From Octopus bimaculoides (taxonomy: Eukaryota): a DNA stretch of 64,000 bases. The DNA is taken from the NCBI RefSeq assembly GCF_001194135.2, contig NC_068982.1, forward strand, positions 115,777,824 through 115,841,823, in the 5' to 3' direction. Positions 25,601 through 39,930 of the stretch are shown piece by piece. The notes below the pieces were generated by a model. The model was not told the origin of the DNA and did no database searches. It saw only the letters and a list, made by a program, of their open reading frames with translations. Numbering within the stretch: the stretch's first letter is position 1; each line of letters starts with the position of its first letter. The translations under genes and the position numbers were made by a program.

Positions 25601-28600
25601 ATTCTGTCGTTTGCCAGTTAAAAACAATTGCATAAAAACATATAAAATAATAGAAGTCCAACATGACTGGCGCCAANNNNNNNNNNNNNNNNNNNNNNNN
25701 NNNNNNNNNNNNNNNNNNNNNNNNNNNNNNNNNNNNNNNNNNNNNNNNNNNNNNNNNNNNNNNNNNNNNNNNNNNNNNNNNNNNNNNNNNNNNNNNNNNN
25801 NNNNNNNNNNNNNNNNNNNNNNNNNNNNNNNNNNNNNNNNNNNNNNNNNNNNNNNNNNNNNNNNNNNNNNNNNNNNNNNNNNNNNNNNNNNNNNNNNNNN
25901 NNNNNNNNNNNNNNNNNNNNNNNNNNNNNNNNNNNNNNNNNNNNNNNNNNNNNNNNNNNNNNNNNNNNNNNNNNNNNNNNNNNNNNNNNNNNNNNNNNNN
26001 NNNNNNNNNNNNNNNNNNNNNNNNNNNNNNNNNNNNNNNNNNNNNNNNNNNNNNNNNNNNNNNNNNNNNNNNNNNNNNNNNNNNNNNNNNNNNNNNNNNN
26101 NNNNNNNNNNNNNNNNNNNNNNNNNNNNNNNNNNNNNNNNNNNNNNNNNNNNNNNNNNNNNNNNNNNNNNNNNNNNNNNNNNNNNNNNNNNNNNNNNNNN
26201 NNNNNNNNNNNNNNNNNNNNNNNNNNNNNNNNNNNNNNNNNNNNNNNNNNNNNNNNNNNNNNNNNNNNNNNNNNNNNNNNNNNNNNNNNNNNNNNNNNNN
26301 NNNNNNNNNNNNNNNNNNNNNNNNNNNNNNNNNNNNNNNNNNNNNNNNNNNNNNNNNNNNNNNNNNNNNNNNNNNNNNNNNNNNNNNNNNNNNNNNNNNN
26401 NNNNNNNNNNNNNNNNNNNNNNNNNNNNNNNNNNNNNNNNNNNNNNNNNNNNNNNNNNNNNNNNNNNNNNNNNNNNNNNNNNNNNNNNNNNNNNNNNNNN
26501 NNNNNNNNNNNNNNNNNNNNNNNNNNNNNNNNNNNNNNNNNNNNNNNNNNNNNNNNNNNNNNNNNNNNNNNNNNNNNNNNNNNNNNNNNNNNNNNNNNNN
26601 NNNNNNNNNNNNNNNNNNNNNCATACGATGTACTCGGTATAAGCTATGGACACATAAAAGGTGCAGCAACATCAAAGGAAGGTTAACCGAGAAGATAGTT
26701 TTTGTGTGTGGCAGATGCACTGGGGCAATAAACACTGAAGATATACAGACAACAGATTCCATCACATGCCATGGGAAGAAACTAGAAGTAGTTAAAAGCT
26801 TCTGCTACCTAGGCGACCATGTCTGTAGTGGGGGGTGGTTGCTCTGAAAGTGTAGCGACTAGAGTAAGAATAGCCTGAGCAAAGTTCAGGGAGCTCCTAC
26901 CTATGCTGGCAACTAAGGGCCTCTCTCTCAGGATGAAAGATAGACTGTATGATGTATGTGTGTGAACTGCCATGCTATACAGCAGTGAAACATTGGCCAT
27001 GAATAGGCTAGGAAGAAATGAAGCTAGTATGATCCGCTGGATGTTTAATGTCAGTGTGCAAACACGACAGAGTGAAAGTGCCCTGAGAGGAAAGTTGAGC
27101 ATAAGAAGCATCAAATGTGGTGTGCAAGAGAGGCAACTGTGCTGGTATGGCCATGTGTTACATATGAATGAAGACAGCTGTGTGAGGAAGTGCCACTCCC
27201 TAACTGTAGAAGGATCCTGTGGAAGAGGTAGACCCAAGAAGACATGACCTTCGAACATTGGGCCTCACAGAAGCAATGACAAGAGACTGGAACCTTTGGA
27301 AATACGCTGTGATTGAGAAGACCTGGCAACTAAAGTGAGATTGCAGCCATGCACGTCCAGCCCTGTTAAAAATACTCCTGATGCGTCGGGCGATATGATA
27401 TGCTTGAGAAGACCAGTTGAGTCCAGTAAAACCAATATTGTAGCTGGGGCCATAGCCCCAGCTACAATATTGGCTCCCATACCGATGGCACATAAAAAGC
27501 ACCATCCGAACGTGTTCGTTGCCAGGCCCGCCTTACTGGCTCTGGTGCTTGTGGCACGTAAAAAGCATCAACCGATCGTGACCAATGCCAGTACCCACTG
27601 ACTGGCTCTTGTGCTGGTGGCATGTAAAAAGCACCCACTATACTCTCGGAGTGGTTGGCGTTAGGAAGGGCATCCAGCTGTAGAAACTCTACCAGATCAG
27701 ATTGGAGCCTGGTCAAACCTTGGTCAAACCGTCCAACACATTAGCATGGAAAATGGACGTTAATCGATGATGATGATGATAATGATATATTAAATACGTT
27801 ATAATATAGGTGGCTATAACAATTAAAACCCAAAAAGGTATATATATATATATATATATAGGGTGCTTTAGTTTTTTGAGATCATTTGTATGAATTTAGA
27901 AAAAGATGCATAGTTCATTAAAGAAGACCTGTATTTGAAAACAAGTTGGTACAGATAATCATGAGAATCCTTTTATCACATAGATGGAACATGTGGCAGT
28001 GGGAGACCCAGGAAGACATGGGACGAAGTACTGAAGAATGATCTCCAGACACTAAACCTTTCAGGCAAGATGATAAAGGACTGAGAAACCTGGCACCTTG
28101 CTGTATTCAAGAGGACTCATACTCTGCAGCAGAAGTGTTAACAATGGTCCTTCTGACGTTGAGGATTAATCTGTAAGAGTCCTGTGCTGGTGCCATGTAA
28201 AAGTACTCAAGGCAGTGTCATGTAAAACGCCCGTGAGGTGCCATGTAAAAGTGCCCATGCAGCACCACATAAAAGTGCCTGTGTGGCACCATGTAAAAGC
28301 ACCTGTGCAGTGCCACATAGAAGCACCTGTGTGGTGCCATGTAAAGCACCTGGCACATTCTGTAAAGTGGTTGGCATTAGGAAGAGCATCAGCCATAGAA
28401 ACCATGCTAAATCAGACTGGTGCTTGGTGAAGCTCTCTGGCTTGCCAGCTCTGGTCGGAGAGTTCAAACCCAAGTCAGCATGGACAATGGACGTTAAATG
28501 ATAGTGATGATGATGATTCAATGAATCAACTGTTAGCATCAATGGCTGCTTCAATACAGAGTTGAAAGTGCTGACATGCCCGAATTAGATGTCAATTTTG

Positions 28601-28871
28601 GACATAGTGTTGGTCATGGTGGACTTGGTGTTATGGGGATGTTGATTGACCTATCTCTCTCTTGTCTATGCCCCAAATGTAATAGTCCAGTGGTCTCAGG
28701 TCTGGTGAGCTAGGAGGCCATGTGTCTAGGAGAACATGATGATGGAGATAGATATACATTCATGCTTGGGTTGTCCTAGCCTTATGATATAGCATACAGT
28801 CTTGTTGGAAGATGTAATGTCTTCCGTTTCATACTCTGTCTATCGAGGGCCTCACAACTTTCTCCCACACC

Positions 28872-28905
<34 letters not shown>

Positions 28906-30269
28906 CACATACATACACATGGATAGAAATTCAAGACAGTAATTCTGAAAGCACTTTAGTCATATGAAGAGCAATATGATTTAGATACTTTTAGCAGTAG
29001 AGTCTCTAGTATGGGTTAATATATATAGAAGAATAAATACACACACACACATATATATGAAGAAAAGTAGCTTAATGATTACTATGTAGCAATCATGATT
29101 GTAAGATTGTAGTTTGGATTCTTGGACTGGGCAATGCATAATGTTCTTGAGCAAAACACTTCATTTCACATAGCTCCAGTCCATTCACCTGAAAAAATGA
29201 GTAATCCTGCAATTGACTGGTGTCCTGTTCAAGTGGGGATTATATATGCCACAGAATCTGGAAAACCAGCATTATGAGCTCAAAAAGTGGTTTTGATCCT
29301 TTTATTGTAGAGATACATGGCTTAGTGGTTAGGGTGTTGCACTAAGATTGTAAGATTGTGGTTTTTAATTACTGGACCAAGTGAGGCATTGCGTTCTTGA
29401 GCAAAACACTTCCTTTCAAGTTGTTCCAGTTTACTCAGCTGGCAAAAATGAGTAACCGTGTGGAGCATATATACTACAGAAACTGACCTTATGAGCCTCT
29501 GGTTTGGGAAGGACCTTTGACCCTTTTTCACACACACACACACACACAAAATGCATACAAACCACAAACCTTAGAGTATGAAGGATGTTTTACAAGGAAT
29601 AGTACATTCATGACAGCACATGCCCTCTCAACACTTGATGTTAAGATGCACACTCTGGACAGGAACTTTCTGCATTCATCTATCACAATTTAGAACATAC
29701 TTCAAGAGACAGGTGGGCAGACAAGACAGATAGATACTGTGTGTAGAAGTTGATTAAATCAGAACATTATAGACTGTGCAAGCAAAGTTTGAAATGTCTG
29801 TAAAATAACAAATGTACTACTTACCAATATTCTGATGAGCCAAAATCTTGCTCGATGATGGAATATTTGTAAAGGGTTAATTAGGTATGCAACAAGGAGG
29901 ATGACAAGGGTAAATGGACTGATGAATGCTGGGATGTTTAATGAATTACTAAACAGATAGAGCAGGACACTGGAGGCCCAGAGAACAGCTAGTCCTGAAG
30001 CAGTCTGAAATTAGAACAGGGAATCAAGTTTATAATATTGTTTGATGAAATAATTTATAAAATTGGTTAAAACAGAACAAGATAAGACAAAATCACAAGT
30101 CACTCATTTCATCTTATGTTAATGGATTTGTTCCTTGACCATAAAACAGCATCATTGAAACACACACCAAATAGGTTTGGAGGAAGAGGTAGACACTACA
30201 AAACTAATGAAAATAACACACCACTGAAATTGTAAGTCAACAGTAAAACACATATATACATAGCAATGT

Positions 30270-30315
<46 letters not shown>

Positions 30316-33300
30316 CGTGCATGCGTGTGTGTGTCATGGACAAATACAGAATAGTTAAGTTAAGATTCGGAAATGACTCAATATTTTTCCATATAGCCAA
30401 ACAAGTTCTTGGCCTATTGTTTTCACCTTTTGCACTGAGAGATTAATGAGAATGAACTGACATCTCAGACCTTTTCAAGTTATTCACAGATCAAACCTGA
30501 TATAAGAGTAGAATCCTATTGTTCTTGGTTTACTTAATTAGATTGACAAAATTATAAGTACACAAACAAATATCAGTCGATCTCTTTCAGTCATCTGGCA
30601 TCTGGCTGAGGGGCAAGCCTTCTCTTTCTCTTTGTGGCCAACCAGTCTCCAGTCAAAGAACATGGCTATCTCCCTCACTTCAGTTATGTCCTGTCATGAA
30701 TGTGAGAACACAACTGTACTTTATTTGTCTGCATACATTCCTTTTATTCTGTCTTTCTCTCTAACAGTCACACAGATGAAACTACTAACTTTTATACAGA
30801 ATAGAATGGAAATTTACAGACAAACTGTGTACACACAAACAACCCAACAGAGTTGCATATTTCTTATATATTGTAATGACTAATATTATAATCATATCCT
30901 TAATAAATGGTCATCTTGATAATTAATATCGTCCTTCATTCATTTCTCAAATACATCTTCACATTAAATCAAGTCATTACACACAAACATGTGCGTGGGC
31001 ATGCACACACATTTACATCATCATCATCATCGTTTAACGTCCGCTTTCCATGCTAGCATGACTTGTATGGTTAAGACAAACAAAAAAACTGGATTCATGC
31101 TTGACTTCTCACTAAAATGGTGACCCCAAAAGAAAGAAAAAAAAATGTTTTTATGTGTCAAGTCAATGTTTTCCTGTCTCTTCTGACACTACATCTTTTT
31201 GGTTGATTTTTCCTAACAACTTCAGTGGACAGCAACATGCAGCATTCTTCCTACCCGCTCTTTTGTGGAGACATTCCTTTATACTTCATGTAAGTAGAGG
31301 CATACTTTGATGTGAATAATATACAGTCAGCTCAACAGCAACTCAACCTAGTAAGAGAACTATAGAAGTTCTTATAAAAGAACAAACCATTATATTTAGC
31401 ACCTGTTGAGCTGGAGAAGGCCTTTGACAGGGTACCATACTCTGTAGTCTACTTGTTGCTGAGAAAACTGGATGGAGATGAATTGCTTACAAGAGCTGTG
31501 TGAACTGTATATAGTGATGATGTCAGTAAGGTGAGAGTTGCCAACAAATTTAGTTAAGAATTTAGTGTACAGATAGGTGCCCCCACCAGGACTAAATTCC
31601 TAGTTCCTGTCTGTTCATTACTGATCACTAAACCAAAAGAGAGGAGTTTGAGACTGTCTGTCCTTAGGAACTTTTGTATGCTAAATAGCTGGATCTTAGG
31701 AAAAAAATGACAGAGGAGTGCAACATGTGGCAAGGCTGTGCTGGAGAAGACCCATCCGACCAATGTAAGCATATAAAAACAGATGCATGTTGATGTTGAT
31801 GATGATGGTGGTGGTACGTAATGTTACAAAGTCTTAAGAGCTAGTTTTAGTGGTAAATACTACGAAGTCAATCAAAGACAACTTCAGTATCAGACAGCGA
31901 TGATGAGGATTATAGTCATGATGTTGCAGATGATGAAAATGAAGGTGGTGTTGGGGCTGGTATTTTGATGGTGATGGTAGTGATGATATAAATTGTAGTA
32001 ATTATGATGATATTGACAATAATGGTAGTGGTGGTGGTGATGATAATAATTCTGATGGTCACAGTAGAGAGTTATGTGATTGATGTGCTGCTTAATTATT
32101 AACTTACTGTGGTTATTTTGTAGTTTATAATGCTGATGTTGATGATCATGGGGGTAATGACGATGATGGCTGGCAATGGTGTATACTTTGACAATAAAAG
32201 TAGTAATAATGGTTGTAGAACTGATTAATGACAGAAATGGTAATGATGATGATAAACACTATACTGACCTCGAGTAGCTGCTGATGGGTCAAATGATTTC
32301 GAGGATCAAGCTCAAATATTAAAACATGATTGACACCTGATGTTCTCCATCCATAAGTATTCATCCCAAGTAAGAAGACATCAAGTATGAGTAAAAATGG
32401 GCCCCTGTAGATACGTAAGGCAGGTTCCCAGTCACTGGAATGTTTGGTGTATATAGCTGAAATAAAAACAGAATTATACCAGACACAAGAGTTATATACT
32501 ATGCACCCTTAACCCTACACACACCAATTCTCTCATCTCTTATAATCATTGTCTCTCAGCATCTTTCTCTCAAAACTTATTATGCACTTTAGAAATATTT
32601 TCTATATCTTGCTCCGACTTCACAATTCTCCAATTTAAAGAATTTTTTTAAAATCATAAAAATGAAAACTTAATTGTGCAAAATAAATGCTAAATATTCA
32701 TAATGATTACTTTAAAAGTTTAATTACAATAATTATTTAGTAATGAATATGTGAATGCTCGTTTATTCATTCAGTTAATTTGCATGTTGACATTGTGCCT
32801 GTAGACTGTATTTGCCAGTCTTTCAGCTGTGCTTCTGTCTTAAAACTTTTGAATTAATTCACTCTTCCAGTCAGGGATGTTAATTCACAAAATGCAAAAA
32901 TTAAAGAGCAAAAACAAAGATGTCAACAAGATAATAGTCCCTAACAAGTGGAGAATATTACCGAATGTAATTTGAGGGAAATTACTTTATAACCAAATCA
33001 CTCCTACAAGGGTTTGATAGAAACCCATAAGTCACCAATGTACAAACACTGAAATAATGCATTCTGCACAGTTTCATCACTCTGCACACATTGCAGACAA
33101 GTTCAGTTGCCAGTAATTTCTTGCCCATGGAGCTTGTCCTGAACAGGCAATGTCCTTCTGTAGTCTGGGTTAAAGACTTTTGGAAACTTTCCATTAATTT
33201 CAACTAAAAAAACCTCTAGAAGACTTTCTGGAAGCTCAAACTGTCCTTTTTGACATCCATAATCATTCCCAGGCTATTACTATTCACATCCTCAGCTAAC

Positions 33301-36300
33301 ATTTCACATAATGTGAGGGTAGACTTTCTACTGACCTTATTGGCCAGCTGGCAGAGACCATTATAATGTTATATATATTTCCATACAACACAGATTATTA
33401 AACATCAAAGTAAGGGATTAGGAAACTACAAGGTGTAGTGGAAAATTATATCTGAATATAATGTACAAGGACCAATGTAAATCACATGTAGAGGGAAGTC
33501 ACAGTACAGTACACTTAGTGAAGAGCCACAGTGGAATATATTCCATAAATCACATGCTGTGAGAGGCAACAGTAAATGCTGCATCAAAGAACAACGAAGA
33601 AATATATTCTATAGATCACATATAGTGAGAGATCAAAATAGATGCAGGGATAAACATATAGTATTGACAATGTAGATGTAAAGATGAAGTAGAAGAGCTT
33701 ACCTGCTAAGATAATAACTAAGAGTAAAACACAGAAGATACCAGAGAAAAGGCCAACACGAAATGTTACCCAAGTATCTGGCTGAAAACAGAGAGGAAAA
33801 AAAAAAAGAGTAATTCTTCAGAAATATAGATTATAAATGAACTGCTAAGATTGTAATGTAAATGTATTAGATTTAAGTTAGAGTGACAGGCCTATTGGCA
33901 ACTAAAATAGTTGAAGCAATTAATAAAATACAATTTAAGAAGATTGAATGGTAGACATGTGACTGTCTGGCAAATGATAAATTTGTGGTTTGAATTGATC
34001 AGTAGGTTTGTTGTTTTATTGCCCTTTTTTTATTATAATGTCTAATGGGTGCAGGCATGGCTGTATAAATACAAAGTATGCTTTATTACCATGTGGTCTC
34101 AATTCCTATCTTACAGAGCAGCACCTCAGACGAGTGCCTTCTACTTTAACGTTAGGTTAACCAATACTTTGTAAGTAGATTTAGTAGACATAAATTGTAT
34201 GGAAGCACACCATGTATATGCACGTGCATGCATGCGTGTGTGTACATTTGTATGTGCATGTGAATGTTTACATTCTTAACTTTGTGCTAATAGTATAGTT
34301 TGTTGACTTTCCTTGTCAACAAATTGTTAGTTAATTCTGTGATTTTAAAGACAAATGGATAAAAAAATCCCTTACTTGAAAAATAGGTAAGGGTTAGCAA
34401 TAGGCAGGGCATCAAACTGTAAAATATTATCCCAATAATATGCATTCATCTAACTCATGCGAGCTTGGAAAAAACAAACTTAAAATGAATGAACAAATGA
34501 AAGATAAACTTAAGAATATTTGTAGAAGATATATTTAGTTGCACAGGGTCTGCATTGTTAGTGCTTCTATCATAAGTGAGGATCATAGGAGTATCACACT
34601 CAAAACAATAAACTAGCAAACCACTCATTAATTTTACAATACAGCTACTATTTATAGAAGTGAGCCAGTCATTCCTATGATACCTATCTATAGTTGAATG
34701 GACTGAGCTGTTATATGTTTGATGTTTTGGGCAATAGTTACAGTACAAAGTCAGTGCCTGCATACTAAGTGCTAACCCCCACACTTGTCTAAGACCAAAC
34801 TGGTTTGGAGACCAGTGTTTCTCACAAATAATGGTAAGGGATAAATATTTATTTCTACAATATAATGGATATGGTAAAAGGAATTGCTTAGCTAGAAAAT
34901 AATAAGAAGGAGGAAGAGAATAAAAAAAGGGACAAAGAAGAAGAGGAAAAATAGGAAGACTGTATACAAAATATTTAACATGGCAGAACTGTTCAGCCTA
35001 CAACCAGGCTGGCCAAAACTGACAAAAAAAAAAAAGAGATAAAAAATATACCTTTTCTCCTAATGGTGGGACTCGCAGCCTCTTCATAGCCTTTTGTCGG
35101 TTACCTCCTTCTAAATCTGTGGTCACAATTTGCTGTTTTGTAATAAATGGAACGACATTAATGCCAGAATTGTTAATCAAATATTACAAAGAGAAACAAA
35201 CAATAAAAACAAGTGGAGAGAAACTGATAGTGAAGGGATTCCATTCAGGAAAAAAAAAAAAAATTGTGGGTAGAGGAATCCTCTTCCCCAAAACATTGAG
35301 AAATTTCAAATCAAAGTTCTGGTTGAAATATTCAAATGTAAACGATTTGGGAGCCTTTTTTTTCTTTTTTTAATTAAATCAACATATTGATTTCATATAA
35401 TATCATGTGGGGACATAATATAGAAACCCATTTCTATAATGATAGAACTGTCCAAACTGATTTACCGACTCCTAGTGGATTGCCATTGCTGTCTGGATGT
35501 TTTGAGAATAAACACAAAATGTGGTGCAAGACTGAGTAAAAAAGCAGAAAGATATAGACAAAAAATAATAATAATTAGTTTTAAGTAATAGTATAATATA
35601 CCATGATATATAAATAAATGAAACCTAATTTCATGTAGAAACTAGGAGGTTATTGGTATCAAATCCTCCATTTTCTTGTTTAGTCATTAATTCTTTCTCA
35701 TTGAACTTACCTTTCTCTACATGACCAATATCATAGTTTTATGTTCACTTTTATATTTCTTTTAGTTCTTTCATATCATGAATGTTCTGGAAAACAGCTT
35801 GGGCTAAAGAAATTACCATATTAATTGTCTGACTAATTTAATACTTTAATATTAGTTTAGATCTTACAGGAAGTGCTGTAGAGTATAAGGTAAGCTCCTG
35901 ACAGAAGGCTGAGGAGGGGAGAGGGCCCATGACGTTTGGAGGCCCTCCAAGACTGGAGATTGATGTAGTTGACGTTCAGCTTGACCTTCTGTAGGTTGAC
36001 ATCTGCAGGAAAAGGAAAAACGTGGGTAGGGATGCATTTCCAGAGGGTTGTAGTTATGGGAAAGAAGGATTAGGAAAGTGGACAGGTTTTGAAGGGTAAG
36101 GTGATAGGGATGATGAGAGGAGAAGAGATGGTTGCTTTGGTTTAAAGGAGATACGTAGCTTGCTAGTTCAGAGGAGGTTGTTTTAGTAGTGATAAACGAG
36201 ACAGAGAGAGGAAGCAGCAAATCTATGAGTTAATGATTGTAGCTTATTGATGAGTAAATTATTGCCAGTCAGTTAAATGGTCTTCTTTTGGATGTGGTTA

Positions 36301-39300
36301 GTGAATGGCAGTAACAGTGTTCCAGATATTTGATTAGTAATGTAATATAGGTTTGGGATGTATGTTGTATAGCCGAATCCTAGATATGTCCACAGTAATC
36401 TAGCGTGGGTCTCACCTCAATTTTGCAGATGGTCATCAACTGATCAGGACTGAAGTATTTCAGTCCTGATCAGATGTACAGAACCTCATCAATGCATACG
36501 GCAATGGAGAAATCTGATAGTAAACTTCTACAGCAAGAGATCAGAGATAAATTGTTGTTTACTCTTAAGTTAGTTATAATTAAGTAGACATATTTTCAAA
36601 AGTATTTCGGTCACGATTATTCCATATTTTTCTGAAATGCAGGGAGCCCAATGCTACATTATTCAACATGTTCTATTTTCAGACGGTAGGGTATAATTAG
36701 AGGCAGATTTAGCTGCCATTTTTAGTAGGTTAAGTGACCAGATAGAAGCTCCCTTTGTTGGCTCTATGAGAGACAGGTGAATCTCATAGTTGAGAAACTT
36801 AGGAGGTTTGTGTACCAGATACAGCAGAAAGCTTTGCTGGGGTGCAGCAAGAAAGAATCACTAATATGTAGTGTAGGTAACCAATACTTTAGTAAATCTA
36901 TTTGTGTAGAATCTTTGCTAGTTGTAACTGAGAAGGGAGACAGATTCAAAGTGATATGATAGTTTACAACTGTTTTCATCCCCAAAATGATATTGGAAGT
37001 GACAGTGTTAGTATAGTATTTGGTAGAGTCAATGAGTATGTCCTTTGGAATAGGACACATAGTTATAGGTTTCCATAGATTGGGACAAACTTCAATAGAG
37101 AGAAAGATTTTGTAAAGACAGGAGCTACATTTGGGGTTCACTAGAAGTAGGAAAGCCATCATAATCTATAGCTTTAAAATATATATTTGTAATGCAATGT
37201 CTTTAACAAGTAAAATATCAACTTACTTATTCATCAACCAATCTGCCAATCTTTCTATTTAACCAGCAGTGTATCAATTAATAAATTAACACTAACCAAT
37301 AAAAAAACTAGCATATTCAAGATTCTAACACTCTAAAAATACTCTATTAACATATATTTGCATTTAGTAGCACCTGAATTGAAATAAAATATGAGCGAGA
37401 AAAGCATATTCATGTTCTTCTCGCTATCACACTGGGTCTTAACGTCTTGGGCAAGTGTTACCACAATGATTATCTCTCTCTCTTTACACACACATGCACA
37501 CACACACAAGCTGTAGAAACTATGGCAAAGCAGACACTGAAGCATGTTGCAGTACTAGGAACCATCAGATCCTATCAATTCATCGAACTCCTGCCAGCAT
37601 AGAAAATAAACATTAAATGATGAATTTAGGATAGGCAAATGATACTATAGTGTTGGCTTTTCAAGCAGGGCAAGATATATAAATCTGGGGTAGGCAAATG
37701 TTATTATAATGTTAATCTCTCAAGCAAGACTAGATACACGAAGTAAGTGCTGCAACAATGTTATCCTCTCAAGCAGGGTTAGATATAAGAACTCAGGTTA
37801 CATGGTCAGTGTCAAGCTGAGACGGGGAAATCAAATATTTCATTCCACCCATTTACCAAGGTGTTTATACTACTGTCATGGGATATCAAGACCCTAACCA
37901 GTTAAATAAAGGTCTCAACTAAATGAAAAACTTCAGTCTGTACAATTCTCAAGAGAAGATAGCCAAATGAGACTTGGATACAATTCCTCAGAGAAAACAG
38001 ATAAATAAAACTTAGTTGTAACAAGAAGAGTATAACAAGATCCTATGTTTTAGTAAAATGCTAACAAAGATTATTTACTTCTGTTTCTTTAATTAGCTGG
38101 TCCACTTCTTTGGTGACATAGAAATGTGCTGTGTCAACAAATCCCATTCTCCATTCTACACCATTATTTGTCTGGAAAAGCTGCAACAGATCAGAAAATA
38201 TCACTAAATATGTAGCCTACACCTCTCTTACAAATTTGTTTAATACGTTTCATATTCAATTAAACCTTTCTACTATGTGCAGGTTCAGTACAATAATTGT
38301 TCGTGTTTCATTGTAACACACTACACCACTGACACACACATGGCCTCTTTATTAAAATATATCCTCAAACGTCAGTCATACAACAACCCAATAGTACATA
38401 CAGCACACTGTTTCTTCACTCACTACCTTCACTCTCATACATCACATCACATACACAACCAGTTTCTCCAGGCACTATATATACTTCATCTCCAGGCACC
38501 ATATATTTTGCTATACATGGATGTGTACACTTAAGAAAATCTCTTCAGTCTATGTTTACAGAGATCAACTCATATTTTAAGTTGTTCATACATTATTTAA
38601 ATACACAAGTGTTCATCTTTCAGACGACTAGTCCTCATCCCAAGGGAGACAACTCAATATTAACTGATCTTACAAAGATTTAAGCCAATATTGTAATGCT
38701 GACATATTGAAGTTTTTCAACCCTTCAAAGTCAAAGATTTTATATGTCACTCAAAATCTCAGGAGAAGCTTCTGATTCAGTTACACTGTCTGATATCTAC
38801 TTATGACCTGTGGTTCATTCTACTGTAACTTCACTGTTGATAATTATTTCTTTTATTGTTGCCACATCAACTCTAAGATGACAATAGCTATTAAGAGATG
38901 AGTTGTCAGTTTGCAGAGGACTTCTGGCAATCTATGAAGCAGAAAATGTCTTGTATTAAAGTAGTTACTAAGACAACAGCTACTTCACTGAGTGAATGTC
39001 TCTTAGTCCTTATGAGAACATATTTTTGATTAAATAATTTGTCTATTATATCTCATTATTTTAATAGGTTGCTATTAGTAGAATTAACATAACGAAAAAT
39101 AAGATATAAAGCTTAACCAATAAACAAGAACCAAAAATAAGATAACAACGAAGCTATAAAAATATCTTACTTTGTCGTGTTTTTTAAAAATTTTTCTAAA
39201 ACCAGTAAAATTTAATGTTTGGTAATTCTGTAAAAGAATCAGACTCAGATAGAATTCACTGAAGGCAAGTTTGAGATCATGCATCTTCCGAGTGTTAATA

Positions 39301-39887
39301 ACTTTGTTGTTCTTTTCCTTAAATAACACATGTACACTGCCACGTCTTCGTCGCAATGACGAGTGGTGCAATGCTTTTTCTTCGAGCTGTGAATATTCTT
39401 GCAGTTCTGCATTTAATGTGGCAAATTTCCGAGTGGCTTCAGCAAATTTTTCTGTGAAAAAAAGATGAATAATTTTTCTTTTGATGATAATATACATTCC
39501 TGACATTTCTCTTTAAAACATGTGGCTAATATAAAAGAGTTCTGTCTATCAGGTGTGGGTGATCTAGGAATTTCTGTATACTATATATGGGCAATGTAGA
39601 GAGATATTTCTTTAGACTACATATGAGTAACATAGACATTTCTGCTGACCACATGTGAGTGATGCAGACAATTCTGTAGATCACATGTAATAATATAGTC
39701 ATTAATGTAGACATTTCTATCAACTAAATGGCAGTAACAGAAACATTTATGTGAAGAACATGTAGGAAATATATATATATAATTATATAACAATAATAAT
39801 ATTAGGGATAAAAATCCAAATTTACAGGTAAAATCTCAATTAAATTCAATTTATTAAAAATTAAAATTAAATTAAGTTTCGCAGTAT

Positions 39888-39930
<43 letters not shown>

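Noticed and set aside
25514-26847. Long ORFs in the track spanning N runs (also 58621-59467 and 61344-62177)
   Set aside because: Their length comes from X residues over assembly gaps; only the flanks noted as features are real.
28170-28350. CRISPR-like array of GTGCCATGTAAAAG(C/T)ACC units
   Set aside because: Units are ~20 nt, head-to-tail, with no unique spacers and no cas genes. They belong to the RTE 3' UTR in a eukaryotic genome.
34455-34784. ORF considered as a missing XPR1 exon
   Set aside because: No similarity to XPR1; the true exon 7 was found at 33703-33781.
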